Positions 24,501 to 36,500 of a DNA stretch of 64,000 nucleotides are shown here, one piece after another. How positions within the stretch are numbered: the first letter of the stretch is position 1; each line of letters starts with the position of its first letter. Under the pieces are notes generated by a model. The model saw only the letters and a list, made by a program, of their open reading frames with translations, was not told the origin of the DNA and searched no databases. The translations under genes and the position numbers were made by a program. The stretch covers positions 9,982,001 to 10,046,000 of the forward strand of contig OZ038378.1 in NCBI GenBank assembly GCA_964036045.1, written 5' to 3'. This DNA is from Eutreptiella sp. 'Long Island Sound 2002'. Its lineage: Eukaryota > Protista > Euglenida.

Positions 24501-27500
24501 TTCTGTTGTGACAGAGGTAAAGGCCCGTGGGTGGCGGCAACATCGCCCGGCATGAAACCCCCAAAAGTCATGAAATGAGCATTTGTGGCAGTATCACGGT
24601 GACAGCGGGGTTTCCCTAAGGGGCATCGGTAGCCAGCCATATTCTTGTGACATTGCAATGGATCTATCTAAGCGTGTTTCTCTTGTGGCTGACCTGACCT
24701 GACACGAGCGGTTTCCAAGGAGGAGGGTTACCCCTCTGCCCAGACATGCATTAGAAGAAAAAACAAAAATGCCACTCTCACCCAGGAAACCGCGCACTTC
24801 TTACCGCACTTTCAATGGGGGGCACAAAAACATGTTCTCTAAAGCCCGTTATGTGCCAGATTCAAAGAGGGTTACCGAGTCTCCCCGGCCGAGTCTCCTT
24901 GAATCTGGCACTCCACGGGCTTTGGAGGTCATATCAACAGTGGCCCCTCGCTATGCTGGGGTGATTAGTTGGCAACACTAACCCTATTCCCTTCAATAAT
25001 GTGTCCACATTGAACCCCACGGGGCCTGGCACCCCCCAGGACGGCCCCAGGGGGGGCTTCGCCCTCGGAGGGGGGCCAGAGTGCGCATATATGCGCACAT
25101 ATTATATGAATAAGTCGCAGGCAGTCAAGGCCAACCGTCAGCGCTGCTGCATGTATCCCCTGTGCCCCTTCAGTGCGCTGGAAAAGTTTGTTGACAAACT
25201 GTTGGAGGCCATGAAGGACAAAGAGGAGCTCTTGAAGCGAGTCAACAAACGTGGGGAGACGGCTCTAGACGTAGCCCTGGCGAATGAGGAGATCACCATC
25301 GCCAAGAAGCTGCAGCAGTACGGTCTTGCAGAGCACGAGGAGACGCCTGAGTACACATGTCTGATATGTTCCAGTCTATTATATGAGCCGTGCACGCTCA
25401 GCTGTGGGCATACCTTTTGTATGTACTGTGGGACTGCCTCTGTGAAGCCCGAGACAGGGGGTCTCTGCCCCTTCCGGTGCAATATCAGGACCACATCAAC
25501 GCCGCAGAAGAACCTCAGGATCGAGAAGGAGATCAAGGAGAAATATCCAGAGCACTTCCAGCGGCGCGAGGCGGCGTTCTTCAAGCAGCGGGCCAACGCG
25601 TGTCTGCAGGACTTCGCGCGGGTCATCAACCCAGGCAACCCTCTCAAGTTCAATGAGAACAACACGGTCCACATCACCCACGAAGACATTGATTTGCGGG
25701 TGACGCTTCTGCGGCGGGAGCTTTACGTGTACCACGTGCTGCATAAGGTACTCTCCTGTGCACGTCTGCATCTGTTGTTGGGGCAGGATGTGGTGTGGGG
25801 TGGGGTGTGCTTTAGTGATGGCAGGATGAGCTTTGTTTCTGTGGCGAAAGCGTTTGCTTCAACAGCGGCATCAACGGCCCTGCTCAGGTCAGGGTCCGGT
25901 TTTTGAGGATGGGTTGTGCGTTAGCTTCCCGGTGCCATTGCAATGCAGGGACTGCCCCCGGACGACAAAAAGGAGACCAAGCTCAAGATGCTGACCATGA
26001 TCTTGGAAGGCAATCTCCTGGGCTCCTCCTGCTGCAGCGGGGGCATCACCATACTGACCAACAACGAGATTGTGCTGCACATGAGCGTGCAGCTGTACAT
26101 TGCCAAGCCTCCGGCACTCCGCGAGGTCATCACGGTGTTTGCCAAGTGCGCCAAGGGCTGGCATCGCCACCTGCAGGCGGTCCTCGTTGATGAAGACCCC
26201 TCGCAATGCGAGCCCATCATCAGCGAGTCCCCCGCACCATCATTGATGTCCGAGCGCGTGGGGGATTTCGAGAAGGTCCCCCTCATATCCCCCCCCCCCC
26301 TCCTGCCCATCATTCTGCCGCTACATCCTCGCTCTCCCTGCTTGCTGCCGTCCCTTGCCATGCCTTTCTGCCACAACCCTGTGCCATCAGGACCACATAC
26401 GGAGGGTCACATGTGCTAGGAGGGCCCTGTTGTGGGGTGGCTGTAACCTGCAATTGTCGAGGGAGAGGCTGCAACACACAATTGCAGTGTGGTGGTGGTG
26501 GCTGCAGGCCTTGCACCAGCATTGTACCGGCGCTTCCAAGAAAAATGGACCTTGGCAAAAGCGGCCCATGGTTTGCCAGGTCCCAGGAAATTGCGCAAGC
26601 GTCAAAATGGGTGGTGGTGGTGGAGGGGGTTTGCCATCTCCTCATGCCCGCTCCCCACCCGCTCCCCAAAACTGGGGTATTTGGTTTGGTTGTTTGAGGG
26701 GCTGGTGCAAATTTGACAATAATTTGGGGGGGATATTGCTGACTCATGAATGCACAGTTTCATTGCAAAAAGCATAGCTACACCCTTGAAGTGTGCCACG
26801 CAATTGCCTGCCACCTCAAAAACACGACTCCTCCAGAATTTTCCCAAAAGGATTGCTCCGCTTGCCCTGGCTTTGTGAGGTGAGTGCTCATACATTTGTT
26901 GGCTGTTGATATTAAGGGAAGCACGAACTGGTTTTCGGTGGCATTGGGGCCCTGTGGTGCAGAGGGGTGGCGTTGGTGTGATGTGATCCCACGAACATGG
27001 TGGGAGGCAAAAGGACATGTTTCGCGGCTGCTGGCCTTTCCAAAAGGGCTGGCCGTGGCCCTTTTTGACAGGCACGAAATCCATGCTTGCCCCGTTCTTC
27101 TGAGGAAAACTTTGTGTTGTCTCATGGAAGTAGTTTTGCGCTGGGGATCTGTGATGCCCTCCCGGAGGGGTGGGGTCGGTGATGTTGTGATGCAAGAAGC
27201 ATGGTGGGATGCCCCAGGATGACTGGAGTCCCACCTGCAGCAACGCAGCGAAATTGCAGTCTGCACCGAACTGGGGGATTTTTCAGCCCACGTGCCTAAA
27301 ACATGGAATCTTCCAAGGGTATTGTGGTATTTACACCATCTGCGATGATGAAAAAAACACCTTTGCGGCCCGTTTTGAACTATGTTTGTACGGCTGAATT
27401 TGACTCTTTTGGTCAAGGAAGGGGGGGAGGGGGGCTTGTGGGGGCATCTCAGCAGATGGCCAGCAGATGGATGTCAGATGGCTGGGGGCATCTCAGTTTG

Positions 27501-30500
27501 AACATGAGATTTTGTTTTTGGTCTTGTCAATTCTGTACCTGTTTTGTTTTCATCATGACAGTACAAAGTGATCAAACAGCAGTTGTAGAGCTTGGTTCAC
27601 ACTTCTTTTTGCATTGTGTTGATGCAGTGTGCTGGGACACAAAGTAGGACACGTTCGGCCATGTGACTCCAGCTGTATCGTGCATCCCCCACCCCCCGGC
27701 AAAGGGAAGGACAACAGAGTGTCAAACAAATAGATGAATATTGAGGTTTCCAAAATGGATTTTGTTTCATTTCTAGGCTCTCAAAAACAATCAAAAACCA
27801 CCTATAAAGTTTTTTTTGCACTTCTTTTGCATTGTGTCCATGCATTTTGGTTGCGAGACATGGCAAAGAGGGGGGCATTGGCAGTTGAACCCAGGGCCTT
27901 TCATTCAGCCCCAGGTGGTCACAATTCAAATCACCTCGAAGAGAGGTTGTTAGTGCGGGCGTGGGCACCATCGTTTGCATAGCTTACCCCAATGGGTGAC
28001 ACCAGATGTCTGACCCCTTGTAAAATCATCATTTGGGAGAGAAAATGATCCCCCAATGACTTTTTTTGATTTTGACCCCTCTACTCCCTGTACCCGGGGG
28101 CCACTTCTTTTTTGGGGTGCAGGGTTGGAGGGGTTCCAAATTTTTTTTGCGTTGTGGCCATTGTGTGTCAATTTAGACCTTGGTCCTGAATAACTTTTTT
28201 CCTTTTCATGGACCCCCTAACCAATGGTGAACCCTACCCCAAGGGATGGGATTTTGGTTTAATCCCTTGTAAAACCATTATTCTGTCCAATAGACACATC
28301 CCCCAATGAGTTTTTGGTTTGGACCCCCGTTGCCCCCCCCTCCCCCCAAATTGTCGCCCAGGACATTTGGGTTGGTCTTGTGTGATCATTTGGTGACAAT
28401 TGGGATTACGTACAAACACATGGGGAGCCATGTAGCACCACCGCGAATAGGCCCCAAAAGGGGGGGCTATGTGGTGTTTTCCCATGTTTGCGGGCCTGCA
28501 TGGTTTTGATCTAACAACCTCTGCAAGTTGATTTCCAGCCGGCCAATGCCAACCTGAAAACGGCAAAGTCCTCACCATCAGGGGCCCACAGGGGGGTCGA
28601 CTGGGGGCACCCAGAGTTCAGACCCAACTAGGCCCTCTTAGTGGGACATATTGGCCCACGAAGGCCTGGGCATGTTTGCATTGTAGTGGGCAAAACTTGG
28701 TTGGCGCCATTGTGTGTTAATTCAGACCTAAGTCCATCTCATTGCACTTTGTTCTTCTATATGAACCCCTCACCAATGATGGGGGTCTCGGGTGTCATCT
28801 CAAATTTCCTAGACCGCCCCCCCTATGGGGCCCCCAATTGTGAGCACTTCACTGTTTTTAGTCGCCATGTGTTAGCTGAAAAATTGCGATTCTTGGGTGA
28901 CCTTTGACAACCCTTGGGGACCCTTGGGCTTTTGTCGGGTGATAATTTGGTGACAATCGGAGTGTGTGTAAGCCCATGGGGAGCCATGATGCTGAAGGAT
29001 GATGGATGGCTGCAAAATCAGCCACTTGGAGGCCCATTGCTTGAGCCAAATCTTGTGCGAGGTGGACATGCCGAAGGCAACAAGATTTTTTACATTATTG
29101 CTTTTTCTGAAATCCTTAGGTCGCCTCTAGGATGGATTTGGGTGATTGTTTGCTGACAAAATTGGCAGCCCAAGCCCATGTAGCCCAAGCCATGGTCCCC
29201 CTAAAAGCCCCAAAATTGCTGTTTTTGAGGCTGTTACTTACCCTCAACGTCACTTGTCTCTCTTTGGGTGCCTTGCCAAACGCAATAGAATTTTTCTACA
29301 AAGGTTGCATGCAAATTGTCAGTGTCATACAATCGTAGGGTGGCTGTACACGACAGCCGTTGAGGGGGGACAACAAGATGCCATTGAGAGTGGGAAGGTG
29401 GGGCGGCTGTGTCACCCGCTTGTAGAGATTATGTTGTGACAGACAAGGATGGGGAGTGGTAAAGGAGGCTGTAGCTTGCAATTGTTGGAAGCTGAGGTTG
29501 GTTGTACTCGCAAGGTCAGTGGTGTACCCTTCCAAGGGGGTGCGTATTCCCGGGTATGTGGGATGGCATGCTGCCAGTCACGCCTTCAAGCAGGGGGAGG
29601 GAGGTTGGTGTGTGACCCTGCAAGGCCAAAACAAAACAAGAAAACATAGAACATAGATGTTCTGACATCAGTCAGAACATCAGTTAGATGAGGATGAGGA
29701 TGAGGATGACACCGACAATGATGATGAATTTGATGACTGGTGCATCAGTTCATTCGTCCTCTGGACTGATTCCCTTAGCTGAACTGCCCCAAAGTCAGTC
29801 AACTTTCTTATGACACACTCCCTTGTCCTTAGTGGTGACCCTGAGTCGATGGGCACGGCATTTCTTATGGTACAGGGCAAGAGCAGCATCAACAATGTAT
29901 TGCAGCCGTGGCCCAACATCCTTTGATAATGATAGGGCTAGGAATTGGCTACATCTCCGCTAGCACATCAGGCCCGCTGCAATAGGAAAGACAGAAATAG
30001 GATGAGGTCATTTGACAATATGAACTTCTTATTGTGATCCAACCCAAATTTGGCACCAGAAAGTGTTTTTCCAGCTGCTTTCTTAGGGGGGGGGTGGGGG
30101 GGGGCGGGGGAGAAGTTTGAAGGCGGGTGGAATGTAGGAGCCCGAATGAAAATTCGTTCTGAAGCGCATTCGCACCCCCCCTGCCCCCCAACCCTGCTGT
30201 AAGTGCTGGTTCAATTTTGCCCGGGGGTGGGGGGGGGGGGGGGCAACTGGGTCAAAACTAGGTTCTCCTTGACAAAACACAATTCTTGTCCTCCCAGAAT
30301 GGATGTTCGATCAACGAAGATGGGCAGTGAATGGGAAGTGACAATTCTGTGTTTGTGTACACCGGATGAGCTCTTGTACCCTGATGGTTCAGCCTCATTT
30401 CCTCGTCCCATCTCCTCCCTGGGTCAATTGCTCTGCCCGTCATGGTCACAGCGACCGTGGCGGCGGTTTGCTCTGGGGACAACCATTTAAGGGGCCTCAG

Positions 30501-33500
30501 CTTTGTGATGATAACGATTCCCCCGTTTTCACATGCTCCATGGATTTTCCTGGTTTGGGGTCTGTCATTGAATGACGGTGCGTCTTGACAGAAGGCAGGG
30601 GCCCAGAGCTGTTGACCCACAACACAGGCCCTGCACAGTCTCTTGTGCACTGCCCTCCCCTTCCACTTCCTGGTGCCAGCACAAGGCTTCACTGTGCCTG
30701 TCTCTCACCGGGTTGCGGTCTGGCGGTGGCCATTGGCCCCAAGTGCCATGCAGCGGAGCCTGAAATACCCTGATAGACCTGTTTGGCTGTCTCAGTGCCA
30801 GTGGGTACTTCATCATCGGTGTGGTGGTGCGGCATGCATCAACCCACTTCGAGGTGCTTTGCCAAAGGCAACATTTTTTGGGGGCATTTTTGATTCCGAA
30901 CCAAGGAAACGCTTTCGGCTTCGAAGTCACTGCGACCTCCTCAGGCTGGTATGGCGGGTGGGCTGGACAGTCAAACCAAACAATATGCCCAGTACCGGAA
31001 ATTCGTTTCCTCCTCCGCTCCTTGAGACTGAGTTATCGCTTGGCATGCCTCCGTCCCGCTCTCTCAGGCCCACCAAATGGTGGATTACTTCAAGCAGAAC
31101 CTGCACGTCAGTGACCAGCAGAATCTGCACTTCGACAACAACAAGACCTGGCACCTGAAGAGCGCCCGCTTCCAGCTCAACATCACGTACGAGCACCGCT
31201 CCGACTGCCTGTACGTGTTCTCCCCGGTTTGGAACGGGCTGCCCAAGCGCGATGAGGTGAAGTTGGTGTTGTATGAGAAGCTGCTGCGCCTCAACCTCTT
31301 CTTCACCGACCTCCCGGGCGCTGGGGTGGGCATTGACACCCACGGCGACTTTGTCCTGATCCACATTGTCATGCAACTGGGGAACGTGCCCCACACGCTG
31401 CTGCACGACTGCACGAAGCTCTTCATGAGCCAGATCGACCGCTGCATCCAGAGCGTCAACCAGACCATCAGCGACCCCTCACGTCGGTCCCGCAAGCCCT
31501 CCACAAAGGTGGTTTGTGTCCATGTGCTTTACCCCCCCAGTGCCCCTGCGTTCGTGTGCCTACCCACAGCCTGCCCCTGTGTTCCTGAAGCTGATATTTC
31601 TTGCTCGCCTGTTCATGTTTGCACCAGATCTCATGTATTAGTTTGCTGCTGCTGGGCCCACGTTGTGCCCAAGTCAACCCCAGTTTCAGAAGGCAGTGCA
31701 GGCTGTGTAGGATCCATCGTGCCCCCTAAGTTTGCGTGCCACAGGTTCCCCCCTCGACCGGTGTACAGGACAGCAACCCCGCTCCGTTACAATTGCATGT
31801 TACCCCCCCCCCCCGCCCCCCAAACACTGTCAACTGTACCACAGCCACACACGACACCAGCAGGTAGGATTCCGCCACCCCCCCCCCCCCCCGCTCCCAC
31901 CCATACCACCAAACATCCAACCCTACCCACCCGACGAATGCTTATGATCCACCCCATCCCACACCCCGGTCCCTGCGTGCCCCCCCCTGTGAATCTAGCA
32001 ACCCGCACAAACGGGTTAGGCAGTGGGGCAGTGGTGGTGGAGGTATTCGCACTGTAGGATAAGCCTGGGAACCTGACCCCCCAGTGCCCCTGCGTGCATG
32101 TGTCCACCCTCCAGTGCCTGACCCCCGGTACCTCTGTCCATGTGCCTACGCCGAGTGCAGGGGCACCGAGGGGTCAGCACATGAGCACAGGGGCATTTTG
32201 CGGGGCAGGCATCACCAATGATATGAAGGATGTGTGTCGGGGACACAAATCACGCGAACACGGGATTATGCGGTCCGAACCCACCCATTTGACCCCAGAA
32301 CTGCCAACTGCTGCACCGTGTGATCCATAAAAGCCGTCATTTGCTCGTTTTTCGACATCGACCCTGGCGTTGTGGCCGGTGGTGGGGGGGGAAGCCCACC
32401 GTTTCCGACGCCTTCGTATGGGACATGGTGTTGGGGAACCAGGCGTGTAACTGGGGTAGACGTGCCCTGTGTCTTGCCGCGTACCCGTGCCCTCGTGTGT
32501 GTGTGCCGTGTGGGTTCCAGTGCACCCCCAAACACGTGCGCAGGAGGAAATCGAAGGCGTGTGGGGCGTCAAGGACAACCTGCGCGTCGTGAAGGAGCGG
32601 GCGGCGTTGTCGTTGTGCACGGGCATGACCCCCAGCGCTGAGGAGGAGCGGGAGGCCCTGGTGATCTCGCAGTTCTGCCAGCACCTGGGGGACTGGATCG
32701 AGGAGCGGGCCACGCAGCAGCTCAACCACTCGCCCTCGCAGTTCAGCCCCGTGCAGCTCAAGCTGGCGCTGTGCATCGGCATCAGCAAGTACAGCGGCGT
32801 GCAGACCGGGGACGCCAGCCCCCGGGAGCTCCCGGGCTGTGTGGAGGACGCGGTGTTCGCCGCACTGACGTTTCAGAAGTTGGGCTTCCACGTGCTCTCG
32901 GTGCTCAATGAGAGCGCCACGACGGCCACGGTCATGCATCTGCTGAACGCTGTGCGGGCGTGCGCCGAGGGCCGGAAGCTCGCGGCATTTGCGCTACACT
33001 TCTCGGGCTACGGGGCGTACCGTGTCGTCGATGGCCGGTACCAGGCCACACTGCTGACGCACGACTGTGACGAGGTCCCGGCAACCCCCATGTCATGCCG
33101 CATGCTGTGTGGGCACGGCTCTTCCGGGGTGTTTGGGCAGCAGCCCTGTTGTTGTGACGTGGTGTTTGCCTCCGTGGGCCCGGGCCTTCGCAAGAGCTGC
33201 CCGGCTGACTGCAGTGCCCCCTCCCCTGCGCATCCCCCCTACTCCGAGAGCACAATGACCCCCATCTGAAAACTTCGACTTGGCGTATGTAAACACACAG
33301 GATCATGCAGCAATCTCCATAATTCAGAACAATGCATCGAAAAAGAAATGAAGTTTCTGTTGTAGGAAGACCTAGGTTCAAATCCCAGCTCGGCACTGTT
33401 TGGCTCAGTGAAGGTTGGGTGATACATTTTTGGTTTTCATTGCAGAGCACCCTTACTTGGACCCCCCTCTTTTGCCTATCTCCCTTGTGGAAAAGTGGAA

Positions 33501-36500
33501 AAGAATACCCCCATAGCACTGCATGTTGGAGGAATTTTCCCATCCTCTTGCTTGACTACCCGTTCTGCTCCCAGTGATCCCCAGCTTAGTGCAGTTGCGC
33601 TGTGCGTGGACTTGTGACCTCATGGTTGTGGATTCAACAACGGCACAGAGTGGAGTGGCCAGGGTGTACATAGGCCGTGGGCCGTCCACCGTCGCCGTGG
33701 TCGCTGTTTCCGTGGAAAATTGATTGAGCTGCATGATCTAATGCGGGACAGCTTTCATGGAGGGACCTACAATGCAGTCTCCAAGTGTACAGCGAGGGAC
33801 CTTTAGTGCGCCGGGTGTGCGCCGGGCATTTTTTTAGGCCGCAATGATCCTGACCAATACAATACCAATACCAATTGCTATGCAAGATTCATCCACCCTA
33901 GGGACCCCGAGGAGGCAGGGGATACTTAGCCTTAGGCGGCCTTATGTTGTGTGCTCTATAAGGAAGGGTTTGGGGTTGATTTTGGCTTCTCTAGGCGAGG
34001 GTAAAATTGGGGCTAGAGTTGGGATACTTCACACAAAAGTAGCGAGTCGAGCGTGCGCTGGGCAAATGCCTCCTCACAAGTGCTTGTAAGAGCGCTGGTA
34101 CTGCGAGACCATCGGGCTTTGTGGGGTTCCTCCTTGCTAATCCATTTACGCTGTAACAACTACCAAACCTTAGGGCACATCTGTGCCACCACTGACCGAA
34201 AAGGCTTCCAATATAGTTTGATAGATGGTTGCTGGGGCCCCTTTGGCTTGTGAAGCCCCCCGTGCCATGGCAATTTTGCCAAAATAGTGGAGGCTACACA
34301 CATGCAAGGGGCTGCCACACACCCCTACACAATATTCTTGGGATGCTGCGCTGCGTGCACACAGAGGATATGTTGAAAAGAGGACAGGTTGAAAAGCAGA
34401 TATATAGCAGGGCTATGAATATCCCGCTATCAGGACCTTACTGGGGCATCATCTTAGAAATGTGCCAATTTAGGGAAAATGGGGGGAAATGGGGGAAGCA
34501 GTGAATTTTTGGGATGGTGGAGAATAATGGGGAAGGCTCAGTGTGAAAGGCCCAAAAATGCCACTTTTGGCTGGGAAACTGGGGAGGAGGGTCACAAATA
34601 GGCCTCTGAGGGGAGGAAAGATGGGGGGGAATGAAAACTAGGCAGCAAAGGAAGAGACATTCTTTGTGTAATGTGGGAAATTGGGGGTGGGTTGATGAGG
34701 AACCTCCCACAAGCAATGTTCCATGGTTACATGGTTGCATAGTTGTCTTCTTGACCCCTCGCTGTACTATATGCTGCTGCCCAACATCCTAGGTGTCCTA
34801 GTTGTCCGTGCCGCTTCTTGTGACGTTGGCTGTTCCTTCTCATCGCTAAAGTGGGTGAGCGACAAGCAACAATCCAGCTTAAAATGTGATACTTACCAAG
34901 CTGTTGTCCTGCTACACTACTATGGTGTCCTATAGTAGTTGTCCCCCCCCCCCCGTCTAAGCTATGGCCTTGTCTCAGCTACAGTGGGCGTAGGGACTGT
35001 ATCAATGCTGTACCTAATTCAATTCGGTACGAAATGTAGTGCAACCGCATAAGACATGGTTTTGGTGACAAATCTGCCAATTGCATGGAGTCATGGACAC
35101 ATTTGTTGTGTCCATGTTGTGTCCATGTTTGCCCACTTGAACCCACAGAGCTCTGATTTTGGGGATATTTGTGCATTATCTTCCCATTTCTTGGTGGTGG
35201 CCTGTGTGCCGGTAATTGTATGTGCCGCGCACAAGCTACGGCCTTGTCTAAGCTACAATAAGCGTAGGGACCATATTAATTCTGTACTTTTGCGTGGCTT
35301 AGACAGGGGGGGGGTAGCATTTGTGTTGACCACAGGGTGGGCTGAAATGTGGATGCAAAGGAGGGGTTGTATTGCTGCATGTCCTGCTTCTCAAAGGCCG
35401 GCGACAATGAGTCCCTGGTAGGAGACGATACCCCAGCGATGGGTGAGTAGATACTAGGCTCCCCGGCCGCCTACCCAAGCTATGCGAACGCCGGGGAACA
35501 GGTGCCCACCTCAATTTTCCCCCATCCTGCCCTATTGTTCCCCAATTGGTCCTCCATTGTTCCCCCATTCCCCCCACTTTCCCTGTTTCCCCCCTATTAC
35601 CCCCATTTTCTACCATTTTCCCCCCATTCCCCCCCATTCCCCCCCTTGCATTTCCCCCCATTCCCCCCCAATTTTCTTGGTTTCCCATTTTTGGGAACCT
35701 TAGGGGGAACCTAAGTGGCAGCCCGGGTGGGCTATTCATGTGACTGCTCACTTTCCATATGTTGCTTTCGACCCCCTGTTTCCAAGAGCTGCTAGGGCCA
35801 GAAACCTTTCCTTCTTGATCAGTCTGTGTAGGTCCTCCAACAGCATCAATGATCTTTGAGCATTCCCCAAGTGTGAATGGGGGGCACAACCTAACCGAGG
35901 TGAGCCAAGGGACATATACACATGCACGGTTGAAAACACAAGAGACGAGATCCTACTGAATCAGTGCCACAGACATTCCACTCTCACCCACAAACTGACC
36001 CCCCCCCCCCCACTCCAGCCCTCACTTCCCTTCCTCCTCCCCACAAACAAACTCCACTAGAACCACACACAGTCCCTCCCCGAGCTGACCTTGATCAACA
36101 AGCAGATCATACAAGAGAAGTGGCGCAAGCTACTAAGGGGGTTGGCTCCGGCAGGGATGGCACTTCTGTGGGAAAAGCAAGTCTTCGAACCACAAAATTG
36201 TGCCCTGGTTGCCCAAGGCCTCACTAGCCTCCCAGGGAACCTCCTTTCCAGACAAGGGCTCTATTGGAAGGGCGCCAAACTTCGCATGGGAACGGCTCCA
36301 TGGCTGCACAGATGACCCGGCCCCAAAGTGTGGGGCCAGGCCCAGAGAGGTTGTAAGTCCCTCAAATATAGTGCAGGAAGCGAGTAACCAATCGTCACCC
36401 CCCCCCCCCCCGCCCCCACACAGACAAATGTTTTGGTTCCTTAGGGCCCGGAGTTGGTAGGTTGCCCCCCCCCGCCCCCCAAAAAAATGGCATATGGTGC

